Shown here: piece by piece, positions 12,601 to 24,600 of the stretch
Layout of the letters: every line of letters starts with the position of its first letter
Position numbering within the stretch: position 1 is the first letter of the stretch
Source: Okamejei kenojei
Lineage: Eukaryota
Reading direction: 5' to 3'
NCBI GenBank assembly: GCA_035221665.1
Contig: CM069133.1
Coordinates: forward strand, 86,056,001-86,120,000
Length of the DNA: 64,000 bases
Program-made: the position numbers and the translations under genes
Notes under the pieces: model-generated
What the model was told of the DNA's origin: nothing
Seen by the model: only the letters and a program-made list of their open reading frames with translations
Database searches by the model: none

Positions 12601-15600
12601 TCCATAGTTTCCCTTTTAATATCTTGCACAATCTAAATTTATGGGGGTTTCACAATCCATTTCTCTAGGTGTTTTCCATAGGTAGCTGTTTTTGCTAACT
12701 TTTTCTATTTGGTGCCTTCTGCAAAATAGGTTTCTATATCCAAGGGGAAAGTGAGATTCTTGGAGGATGCATTTCAAACAAATGAGTCTGTGTTGAAAGT
12801 CCACTAAACAGTATGCATGTCATATAAGAGACTATGTATATTAGGTGCAAAAAAGCGAAGACCATCAACCCAAACCATCCTCTGTCATTCAAGTTAACAA
12901 TCCAATGTGGAATGGTTGATGACGGAGTTCATCAAATTTAACTTAGATATCCTTCAATTTAATTGCATCTTTAAACTTTTGGTAGCAAAATCTGATAAGG
13001 CGTATTGTAATATTTGTTGGTAACTTTTTCAACTTTGTTTTATTTTAAAATGTATATTTTTTGAAATTGTTTTATTTTAAAATGCATCCTTTTATTAATG
13101 GCATTTGTTTTGTTTAGAGTATGTACAAGGAATCTGAAGGACCTTGCACAAAGGTAAGAGCATACATTTATTTTTGAGCCAACAATAATTGATAGAATTT
13201 AATGCAGAGAAGTGTAAGGTGTTGCATTTTGGGATATCTAATAAGGGCAGGACCTACACAGTGAATGGTAGGCCTCTGGGGAGTGTTGTAGAGCAGAGGG
13301 ATCTCGGAGTGCAGGTGCATGGTTCCCTGAAGGTCGTGTCACAGGTAGATAAGGTGGTCAAAAAGGCTTTTGGCACATTGGCCTTCATCAGTCAGAGTAT
13401 AGAGTATAGAAGTTGGGAGGTCATGTTGAAGTTGTATAAGACGTTGGTGAGACCGCATTTAAAATATTGTGTTCAGTTCTGGGCACCAGGTTATAGGAAA
13501 GATATTGTCAATCTTGATAGTGTTCAGACGATTAACGAGGATGTTGCCAGGACTAGAGGGTGTGAACTATAGAGAGAGGTTGAGTAGGCTGGGTCTCTAT
13601 TCCTTGGTGCACAGGAGGTGCAGGCTTTAGAGACTAAGTGGCTGAGTCCTGCTATTTTTTGGGGATTTTGTGTTTATCAATCAAGTGCACTGCAGTAACT
13701 GCAATGTTTAACAGCACTTCCTAAACCTGTAACCTGTACCATGCGAGAAGATAAGGGAAACAAAATCATCGTAAACTTTTCCTCTAAGGCAGAGGCCAAT
13801 TTTGAGATGACAGTGCATCGCCATTCATTTATTACTTAGTCAGATACTTATATCTAACATAAATTTTGTAACCCTTTTGTACTTTACAAAATTTATTTTT
13901 CCCCAGGGCCTGTTTACAGGCTGAAGACTGAAGCTGGAGATTGCCACAAAAATGTTCCTTGAGCCTCTCTATACATTCTAACGGAAGCTGGACAAAATTA
14001 TAAGGGGTCTTAAGGGGTTGGACAGGCTAGATGCAGGAAGATTGTTCCCGATGTTGGGGAAGTCCAGAACAAGGGGTCACAATTTAAGGATAAGGGGGAT
14101 ATCTTTTAGGACCGAGATGAGAAAAACATTTTTCACACAGAGAGTGGTGAATCTCTGGAATTCTCTTCCACAGAAGGTAGTTGATGCCACTTCATTGGCT
14201 ATATTTAAGAGGGAGTTAGATGTGGTCCTTGTGGCTAAAGGGATCAGGGGGTATGGAGAGAAGGAAGGTACAGGATACTGAGTTGGATGATCAGCCATGA
14301 TCATGCCACTCAAGAGTATATGAAATGGCGCTGCAGGCTCGAAGGGCTGACTGGCCTGCTCCTGCACCTATTTTCTATGTTTCTATGTTTCTATAATGAA
14401 AAACAAAAAAGCACATAGTTCTGGAGTAACTCAGCAGGCCAGGCAGTACCTCTGGAGAACATACTTCGGGTCAGGACCTTTCGTCAGACTGTGATGGGGG
14501 GGAGAGAGGAGGGGCAGGCGAGTGATAGATGGATGCAGGTGAGGCAACCGGTTGGATTAAGGCCCAAGCTGAAAAGACAGGTGTGAGATAAGGATATAAG
14601 AGTTGCGAATTGTGAAGATAGAGGAAGGAATGTAGGAGCAGGGGTGGAATGGGTGCATTCAAGATATGGAACAAGGAAGAGAGGGGGGGTGGGTGGGGGG
14701 GGTTAGATAAGTTATCTAGAATTTGAGAATTAAATGTTGGGTTGTAAGACACCCATGGAATATGAAGTGCAGTTCCTCCAGTTTGCGTGTGCTTTCAATC
14801 AGACAATGGAGGAGGCCCAGGAAAGATAGGTCAGTATGGGAAGGGGGTTAAAATTGTTAGCAACCGGGCGATCCAGTAAGCCTTGGTAGAGAGAGCGTGT
14901 GTTTGGCGAAACAGTCGCATGGTCTATTCTTGATCTTGCCAATGTAAAGGAGACCCTATCAGGAACACCGGATACAGTAGATGAAGTTAGAGGGGGTGCA
15001 CTTGAACCTATGTCTCATCTACATGGACTGCTGTGATCACTGAATGGATGTGAGGGAAGAGAGATATAGGGACATCTATAGGGACAGATGTAGTGGCACA
15101 GCAGTAGGTTTGCTGCCTTACAGTGCCAGAGACCCGGGTTCAATCCTGACTATGGGCGCTGCCTGTACGAAGTTTGTACATTCTCCCTATGACCGCCTGG
15201 GTTTTTTCCGGGAGCTCCAGTTTCCTCCCACATTCCAGAGACTTCCTGGTTTGTAGTTTAATTGGTTTAGATAAAATTGTAAATTGTTCCTATGGCGTAG
15301 GATAGTGCTAGCGTGCGTGGATACTAGTCAATGCAGACTAGGTGGGCCAAAGGGCCTGTTTCCATGCTGTATCTCTAAACTAAACTAGACAGAAGGAGGT
15401 GTAGTTCAGGTAAGTGTGGGTCCCCTGTGACGGAGACATCAGGAAAGGGGAGAATTATGGTAAATTCAACTTCAGTTTGGGGTTAGGTTAATGTAGTAGG
15501 CAATGGAGTAGAACTCAGTCAGGTAAGTGGCTTCCAAGGTGGAACTGTGAAATATTGTGTAGGGGTGTTAGGCCTGTTGGCCCACGGGATAGTGGACTGT

Positions 15601-18600
15601 ACTTGTTTATTTTTTCCCTAAGCATATACACTGTTATTCATGCTCAGTTTAGAAGTAAAACACACAATTCAGGCTGACCTGCAAAGATTGGTCATTACCC
15701 TGATTTACCCTTCATTTTACCACAGTAATTTTTAAAGGTGCTGCTGTAATTGAGTTTTGATTTGTTTTTATAAATTTTATTCCATCAGCAAAGAGCCTGT
15801 TGCAATTTATGAAATGTTCAAACGATTGGCAACGGAACTCGTACTAGGAATTTTTCTTAGCATCGATGCAGAGGAATCTGCGGCACTCTACAAACAGATT
15901 ACAGACCTTTCAACACAGCATTGGCATGGTAAGACTTCAATTCAGATTGTTATAGAGTCATACAGCAGCGTTGCATGCCCTTGAACCCAACTTGACCAAG
16001 ATGCTCATCTAAGGAATGGTCCCGCCCTGAAATGTCATCTGTCCATTGGGGAAAACTGCCTCCTTTCTAAGATTCATGGTCTCTGAGCAGTTTTATCTCT
16101 TGAGCTTGATTTGCAGTCCTGTGAAAAACATAGTGGCAATTTCTCTGTATGCATGGGGCTGTCAGTCTGGATTATGTTCTCAACTGTTGAAATGAGATTT
16201 TATCTTATAGCTTTTACCCTTTCATAAAAGTGATAGATCTGTGTATTAGGCATTGTAAAATTATGACCACTCATTACTGTCTTTCAGACCAGTAGAATGA
16301 CCTCTTGCCATTTCTTAAGAACCTTGGAACAATATATGTGCTAAGGCTGGCTTAGAATTAGATTGGCTCAAATGTCAAGAAACATGCAAGCATGCCTCAG
16401 GATCTAATGTGATTCTGCCAAAATGGAAGATTCACATTCAAATCTGCTGGTTTTCCTATTTTAGACCAGACTTTGAACCAGTTGTCTCTTCTTCATCCGC
16501 GACAAATGATATTTCCTTTCACAATTTTGAAGCCCCACTTCTTCCACACTATAATTTCTAGTTTCACGAAATTCTTTCCCCAAATTAATTATATGCCCAA
16601 ACACAGCTTGAATAATTTGAGAGGATACAAAGTGCTGGAATAACTCAGCAGGTCAGGCAGCATCTCTGGAAAACATGGGTAGGTGACGTTTTGGGTTCAG
16701 ACACTTCAGACAGATTGAATCACAATCACATTTCACAAATAAATTCATCTTTCGTAGTCGACTCTCTCCCTTGTCATCAAATTAGATACTTGCAGGATGA
16801 TGTAGTAGGTAATTCTGCTGCCTCAGTCCAGCCCTGAAGAGTCTGGACCCAAATTGTCAACTATCCACGCTCTGTAGAGATGCTGCCTGATCTGCTGAGT
16901 TACTCCAGCAGTTTGTCCTTTTGTGTATTGATCAGCATCTGCCGTTCCTTGTTTCTACATTTTGAATCAAATTTATCATTTCTTATCACAACCCTTAAAT
17001 ATTGCTCCTCTCTGGTTGTTCTGCATTTTAGTTATTACAATACTTTCTCTGTCACTCTACAAGATTCTCATGACTCCAAATTGTATCTGTTCACTTATAA
17101 CCAGATAAGCCATGTTCAGAACTAATGGCATAATTTCACAAGTAACGTGATCTTCAAAGTAAAGTCGATGTTCTCCCTTGTCTTCAAATCAGGAGGTTGC
17201 ACGGTGCTGCAGTGGGTAATTCTGCTGCCTCACAGCTTCAATTGAAGATTTGATTCTGACCTTTGGTGCTGTCTTTCTGAAGAACGAACATTCTCTCTTT
17301 GACTGTTGTTTTTTCCTGGCATGCTCCAGTTTCTTCCCACATCCAGAAGACATGGTGATTTGCGGGTTATTTGGTGGCAGTAAATTACCCCCGGTGTAGC
17401 TTGAGCTTGAAGAATCAGGGTGGAATTGAGGGGCATTTGAGAGAGAATAGGCTACAAGAAAATGGAGGCAGATGGAATTGATGTGGTTGTTCTGAGAGGT
17501 GGCGTAGATTCTACGGGCCAAATGGCATCCTTCTAACTCTCGGTAGACACAAAGTAGTTAACTGGATTTTAATTCACTTGCTATTTGAGTGTTGCTCTGA
17601 GCAAATAAGCTGCACAATTTTCCCTATTTCACCAAGAAGTAAATTTCAAAAGTAATACATTGACTGCAAGTTGTGCAAGATAACTGTCCCCACTGTATAG
17701 GGAGTGGCTAAGAAAGTTGGATTACATAGAACTAGTGTGAATGGGTGATCGATGGGTCGGTGTGGACATGATGGGCTGAAGGGTCTGTTTCCATGCTCTA
17801 TCTAAAAACTGAAGAATGTATTTTTAATTCTTTCCATTACCTGTTCAAATAGCTAATCTACAGTTCCTTGCTTTATTTTTTGGAGATTTCTTTGCTGACT
17901 AACTGTTTTACATCATATTTATCTTTTCTGCTTTGAATTCAAATTACTTATATTGCATTGAATGGCTCCCTAAAGTTCTCTTTTTAAATTGTGCACAATG
18001 TTGAATGAGATACCATAGAGTTGATTTGACTGCATGAATTCTTGAATCATGTGATAGCCACAAGCATAGAAATTAAAGAGACCCTCTGTGGAGAGCCTCT
18101 TGCTGTTGTTTATAACTTGTTCTTTTGATCACTTTAATGGATTTGAAGTACATTGAAGCATTTTGCAGAAGGCTAGTGACTGATGTAGATAGCAAGGAAT
18201 TTCTCCTGTCATTTCTAGAGTTTGAGCAAAAAATTGGTATGAATGCAAGGCATTGTTTAGGGCAGCAAAAATATAATCCAAAAACATAATTTGAATTTTA
18301 AGATATACATCATAAGGAGTATGTGCATTTGTAACACAGGCTTAAAAGAATAAATAGATTTAGTTTAAAATGTATCGAGATGGAGTGGAGTTGATTAGTG
18401 GAGTACACTGGTGTTGTGAAAAAGGTAGTATGTGCTTTGAAATGTTTTGAACAAGGTCAAAAGAAATATGATAATTGCAGGAGGTTAGAACCCGATCATA
18501 CAATCATAGATGTTTGTAGTAATGCTGTGAGGGGCTGCAGAAGTTGAGTCAAAAGTTGAGCAGATCACAGTAAAGTTCCAATAATCTAGCATCCTTGGGG

Positions 18601-21600
18601 CTTTTGGTTCTGGACTGGACTGTACCATTGGATTTTGTTCTATTAACACTCCATAATATTTTAATTCACTTATGTGAAGATGTTATACAGTAGTGTGATA
18701 AGTATTCCAGTGAATTTAAAGGGAGAGTGGGAAATGGTGACCCAGTCATTTTAAACTGATTACAGGAAATGGGGCTGACTGAGTTTAAAGGAGCATGGGA
18801 AACGGTATCCAGTGGGCCAGACACTGAACCATCGGGAATTCCAGCCATTGGCAGATTGGATGTTGGAGTTTTATTGTAGTAGTTTAAATGTTAATCAAAG
18901 TTAATCATGTAAAAGTTGGTTGTCTAGTTGATAATGAGTAAGAAAGCCATTGGTTACACTGACACCTCGGAAGTTTTGATCAGTGATGTCAGTGTTGCAG
19001 TTGAATAAAGGGGACCATGGAGCCACGAAGGAGGAGCTGGCCAAAGTTGACTGGAAAGATACACTAGCAGGGATGACAGTAGAACAAAAATGGCAGGTAT
19101 TTCTAGGAATAATACAGAAGGTGCAGGATCAGTTCATTCCTAGGAGGAAGAAAGATTCCAAGGGGAGAAAGGGGCGACCATTCCTGGGCGTCAGGGACAG
19201 TATAAAAATTAAAGCGAAGAAGTACAACGTAACAAGCATGAGCAGGATGCAAGAGGATTGGGTAATGTTTAAAGAACAACAGAAGATAACGGGGAGAAAA
19301 ATGAGGTACGAAGGTAAGCTAGCCAAGAATATAAAGCAGGATAGTAAAAGCTTCTTTAAGTATGTGAAGAGGAAGAAATTAGTTAAGACCATAGTTGGAC
19401 CCTTGAAGACCAAAAAAAGTGAATTATTATGGGGAACCAGGAAAATGGCAGATGAGTTGCACAGGTACTTTGGATCTGTCTTCACTAAGGAGGACACAAA
19501 CTATCTTCCTGATATGTAGTAGTGGGCAGAAGATCTGGGTGACGGAGGAACTGAAGGAAATCTACATTTGCAGGAAATGGTGTTGGATAGACTGATGGGA
19601 CCAAAGGCTGATAAATCCCCAGGACCTGATGGTCTGCATCCCAGGGTACTTAAGGAAATGGCTCTAAAAATCGTGGATGCATTGGTGATATTTTTCCAAT
19701 GTTCTACAGACTCAGGATCAGTTCCTGTGGATTGGAGGGTAGCTAATGTTATCCCACTTTTTAAGAAAGACGGGAGAGAGAAAACAGGGAATTATAGACC
19801 AGTTCGCCTGACATCGGTGGTGGGGAAGATGCTGGAGTCAATTATAAAAGATGAAATAGCCGAACATTTGGATAGCAGTAACAGGAGTCAGCATGGATTT
19901 ACGAAGGGGAAATCATGCTTGACTAATATTCTGGAATTTTTTGAAGATGTAGCTACGAAAATGGACAAGGGAGAGCTAGTGGATGTAGTGTACCTGGACT
20001 TTCAGAAAGCATTTGATAAGGTCCCACATACGAGATTAGTGGGTAAAATGAGGGCACATGGTATTGGGGGTCGAGTGCTGACATGGATAGAGAAGTGGTT
20101 GGCAGACAGGAAACAAAGAGTAGGTATTAACGGGTCCCTTTCAGAATGGCAGGCAGTGACTAGTAGGGTACCGCAAGGCTCGGTGCTGGGACCGCAGCTA
20201 TTTACATTATACATCAATGATTTGGATGAAGGGATTCAAAGTAACTTTAGCAAATTTGCAGGATGACACTAAGCTGGGTGGCAGTGTTGAACTGTGAGGA
20301 GGATGCTATGAGATAAATGCAGGGGTGACATGAACAGGTTGGGGGAGTGGGCAGATGCATGGTAGATGAAGTTTAATGCAGATAAATGTTGAGGTTATCC
20401 ACTTTGGTATCAAAAACAGCAAGGCAGATTACGATCTAAACGCCATCAAGTTGGAGAAAAGGGGAAGTACAACGGGAATCTGGGGGTCCTTGTTCATCAG
20501 TCTATGAATGTAAGCATGCAGGTACAGCAGGCAGTGAAGAAAGCAAATGGCATGTTGGCCTTTGTAACAAGAGGAACCGAATATAGGAGCAAAGAGCTCC
20601 TTCTGCAGTTGTACAGAGCCCTAGTGAGACCGCACCTGGAGTATTGTGTGCAGTTTTGGTCCCCTAATTTGAGGAAGGACATTCTTGCTATTGAGGGAGT
20701 GCAGCGTAGGTTTATAATGTTAATTCCCTGGATGGCGGGACTGTCATATGCTGAGAGAATGGAGCAGCTGGGCTTGTACACTCTTGAGTTTAGAAGGATG
20801 AGAGGCGATCTTATTGAAACATATAAGATTGTCAAGGATTTGGACATGCTAGTGGCAGGAAACCTGTTCCTGATGTTGGGGGAGTTTAAGAATAAGGAGT
20901 AAGCCATTTAGAACGGAGACGAGGAAACGCATTTTCTCACAGAGAGTGGAGAGTGTGGAATTCTCTGCCACAGAGGACGGTGGGGCGGTGGAAAATAAGT
21001 GGATAGATAGATAAGGCACATGGGTTATTCTCCTTAATTGGCTAAAATGTAATTGCAGAGATCTTGTGCTAAAATGCCAGTCAAAAGTGCTGTATCCTGC
21101 ACACAATTATTCAAATTGGCTTTCGGTACCGACGGGCTATCTGCCGCCACACTGTACAATTCTCCAACCGGGCACTAAGATCCACCCTGGTTGCAATGCG
21201 CCGACACCAGCAGGACCTCGCATTGACTCTCCCGAAACTTCGGGCCTCACTCACCCAGACCTGCAACGGACCTCAACTACACTACATCCTCCGGAAGATC
21301 CACCGCTTCAATCAACAATTCCTATCCCACCTTACCTCCACCAAGGACCTGAAATTAGCCCGCCTCCAGGCCGTTCCAGCCACCGACAATCCCCAACTCG
21401 ACCGCCTGCAGGCCACGGGCCCCAACTCTGGCCCGAGCCGCCGGCCTGAGTCCCCAACGCCATCTTGTCCACGAGGAGCGCCTCCAGGACTCACCAGGAC
21501 GCCACCTTCACCGACCTCCACGCCGATGCTGCCGCCGACCTCCACCTGCCTACCGATGACGCCCAGCCCCGCTGCCTGCCCGGTAACTCTGTTTATCTCC

Positions 21601-24600
21601 CCCACCCCGATTCCACCGCCCATCACCAGCACAACGCGACTGCCGAACCTCGCCGCCCCCGGGACCACCTAACTCCATCGCCGCACCGGGCCCATCCAGC
21701 ATCGCCAGTGTACTGGGCCCGCCGAAGACCACAGCCGCACCCGCCTCACCTTGCATCGCCGCCGGACCGGGCCTACAGAGCATCGCCGCCGGACCGGGGC
21801 TCCCCGAACATGGCCGCCGCACCGCACCCCACTCATCTCGCCGCCTCACTGGTCGGACCGACCACCCGCCCACCGGGACCGCCAACACATCGCCCGCCGA
21901 CCACGATTCCACTGCCCGCGGACTCCTACCTTCTGGCCCGCCGACCCACGACTCTCCACCGCCCTCCAGCAGCCCCGCAGCCGTCGCCTCACCTGCAGAC
22001 TGGACTCTTACAGTGGGCCTGAAGCCTCCACGTTGCTAACTCCTCCCACCACACTGAGTCCTAGTGCCCGTCTCCCCAGCCCCAGTAACCTTAGTGGCTA
22101 TTCCACTGGATCTTCCCCATCCCCCCCCTACCATGTAACCCCTGCTCTTCCCCACCCACACCACAGCCCCATACCCCCCCACCCCCTGACCACCCTCCAC
22201 CCCCCACCACACAACGCTCCGTCCTCAGTTCTCTCACCTGCCTTCCTCCGGCCACAAACCCCCATCCTTGCCGCGTGTTCACCATCCCCCGGACCTCCCC
22301 CCTCTCCGACACCGAAACGGTCTGTCCTCAGCAGAGGTCTTACCTTTGTCCCCCTCCGTCCCCACCTCAATGAGTTCCGCGCCCACCACGACTTGGAGCT
22401 CTTCTACCGTCGCCTCGCCTCACAGCGTTCTTCCACGGGAAGAAGTCCTCGCCCCCCACTGATGATCCCTTTTCCTGTCTCCCACGTACCCCCTCCACCT
22501 GGACCCCCCCTCGTAGCCTTCCGGCTCTAGAACTATTTATCCACAACTGCCGTCGGGACATCAACCGCCTCGACTTCTCCACTCCCCTGTCTCACTCCAA
22601 TCTCTCCACCCCCGAACGTACTGCCATCGACTCACTCCGTAACAACCCAGACTGGGTTATCAAACCCGCCGACAAGGGAGGTGCCGTGGTAGTCTGGCGC
22701 ATCGACCTCTACAAAGCGGAGGCCATGCGCCAACTCTCGGACACCTCCTCCTACCTACCCCTGGACCATGACCCCACTGACGAACACCAGGCCACCATCT
22801 CGAGCAGCACATAACCAACTTCATCAGCTCCGGCTCCTTACCCCCCCGAGCCTCCGACCTCATCGTTTCCCAGCCCCGCACGGCCCGATTTTACCTTCTC
22901 CCAAAATCCACAAACCCGACTGCCCTGGCAGACCCATTGTCTCTGCCTGTTCGTGCCCCACCGAACACATTTCCACATACCTTGACGCCATCCTATCCCC
23001 CTTTGTTAAATCCCTCCCCACCTATGTTCAAGACACCTCAGACACTCTCCGTCGGCTCCGTGCATTCCATTCTCCAGGCCCCCATCCTCTCATCTTTACC
23101 ATGGACGTACAGTCACTCTACACCTCCATCCCCCACCAGGACGGTCTCAAAGCCCTCCGGTTCTTCCTCGACCAGAGGAGCAATCCATACCCGTCCACTG
23201 ACACCCTCTCCGCCTAGCGGAGTTGGTTCCTTACCCTCAATAACTTCTCTTTTGACTCCTCCCATTTCCTCCAAACACAAGGCGTAGCTATGGGCACACG
23301 CATGGGCCCCAGCTACGCTTGCCTCTTTGTTGGGTACGTCGAACAATCCTTGTTCTCGGCGTACCAGGGTCCCCATCCCCGACCTCTTACCTCCGTTACA
23401 TCGATGACTGCTTTGGTGTCACCTCCTGCACCCCCACAAACTGACTGACTTCATTCATTTCACCACCAACTTCCATCCGGCACTCAAATACACTTGGCCC
23501 ATTTCCGACATTTCCCTACCATTCCTTGACCTCACAATCTCTATTGCAGGTGATACACTCCTGACCGACATCCACTACAAAACCACTGACTCCCACAGCT
23601 ACCTGGACTACTCTTCCTCCCACCCTGCTTCCTGTAAGGACTCCATCCCCTATTCCCAATTCCTTCGTCTACGCCGCATCTGCTCCCAGGATGAGGCGTT
23701 TCACACCAGGTCATCAGAAATGGCCTCATTCTTCAGAGAACGGGGATTCCCTCCCCCACTATTTGATGAGGCTCGCACCAGGGTCTCCTCCATACCCCGC
23801 AAACACTGCCCTCTCTCCCCATTCCCCCACTCGCAAACAGGGCAGAGTCCCCCTGGTCCTCACCCTTTCACCCCACCAGCGGCAAATACAAACAGATAGT
23901 CCTCCGCCAGTTTCGCCACCTCCAACGTGACCCCTCCACCCGCCACATCTTCCCATCTCCCCCCCTGTCTGCCTTCCGCAAAGACCGCTCCCTCCGCGAC
24001 TCCCTTGTCAATTCTTCCCCTCCCCTCCCGCTCTACTGCTTCCCAGGCACTTTCCCTTGCAACCGCAAGAAATGCAACACTTGTCCCTTCACCTCCCCCC
24101 TCCACTCCTTTCAGGGGACCCAAGCAGTCCTTACAGGTCCGACAGAGGTTCACCTGCACCTCCTCCAACCTCATCTACTGCATCCGTTGCTCCAGATGCC
24201 AGAGATGATCTATATCGGTGAGACCAAGCGGAGGCTTGGCGATCGTTTCGCCGAACACCTCCGCTCGGTCCGCAAAAACCAACCGACCTCCCGGTCGCTC
24301 AGCACTTCAACTCCCCCTCCCATTCCGTATCCGACCTCTCGGTCCTGGGCCTCCTCCATGGCCAGAGTGAGCAACACCGCAAGTTGGAGGAACAGCACCT
24401 CATATTCCGCTTGGGGAGTTTGCATCCTTTGGGCTTGAACAATCGAATTTTCTCAATTCTGTTAACCCCTGCTGTCTCCTCCCCCTCCCACCTCTCCCTC
24501 AGCCCTCGGGCCCTGGCATTCCCTCTATCTCTATCTCCCTCCCCCACCCTAGTCGCACTAGCTTCTCATTTTCACACCACAAAGAGCTTACAATGGCTCG

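Noticed and set aside
15090-15160. tRNA-like A and B boxes
   Set aside because: Head of a SINE rather than a tRNA gene; no complete cloverleaf.
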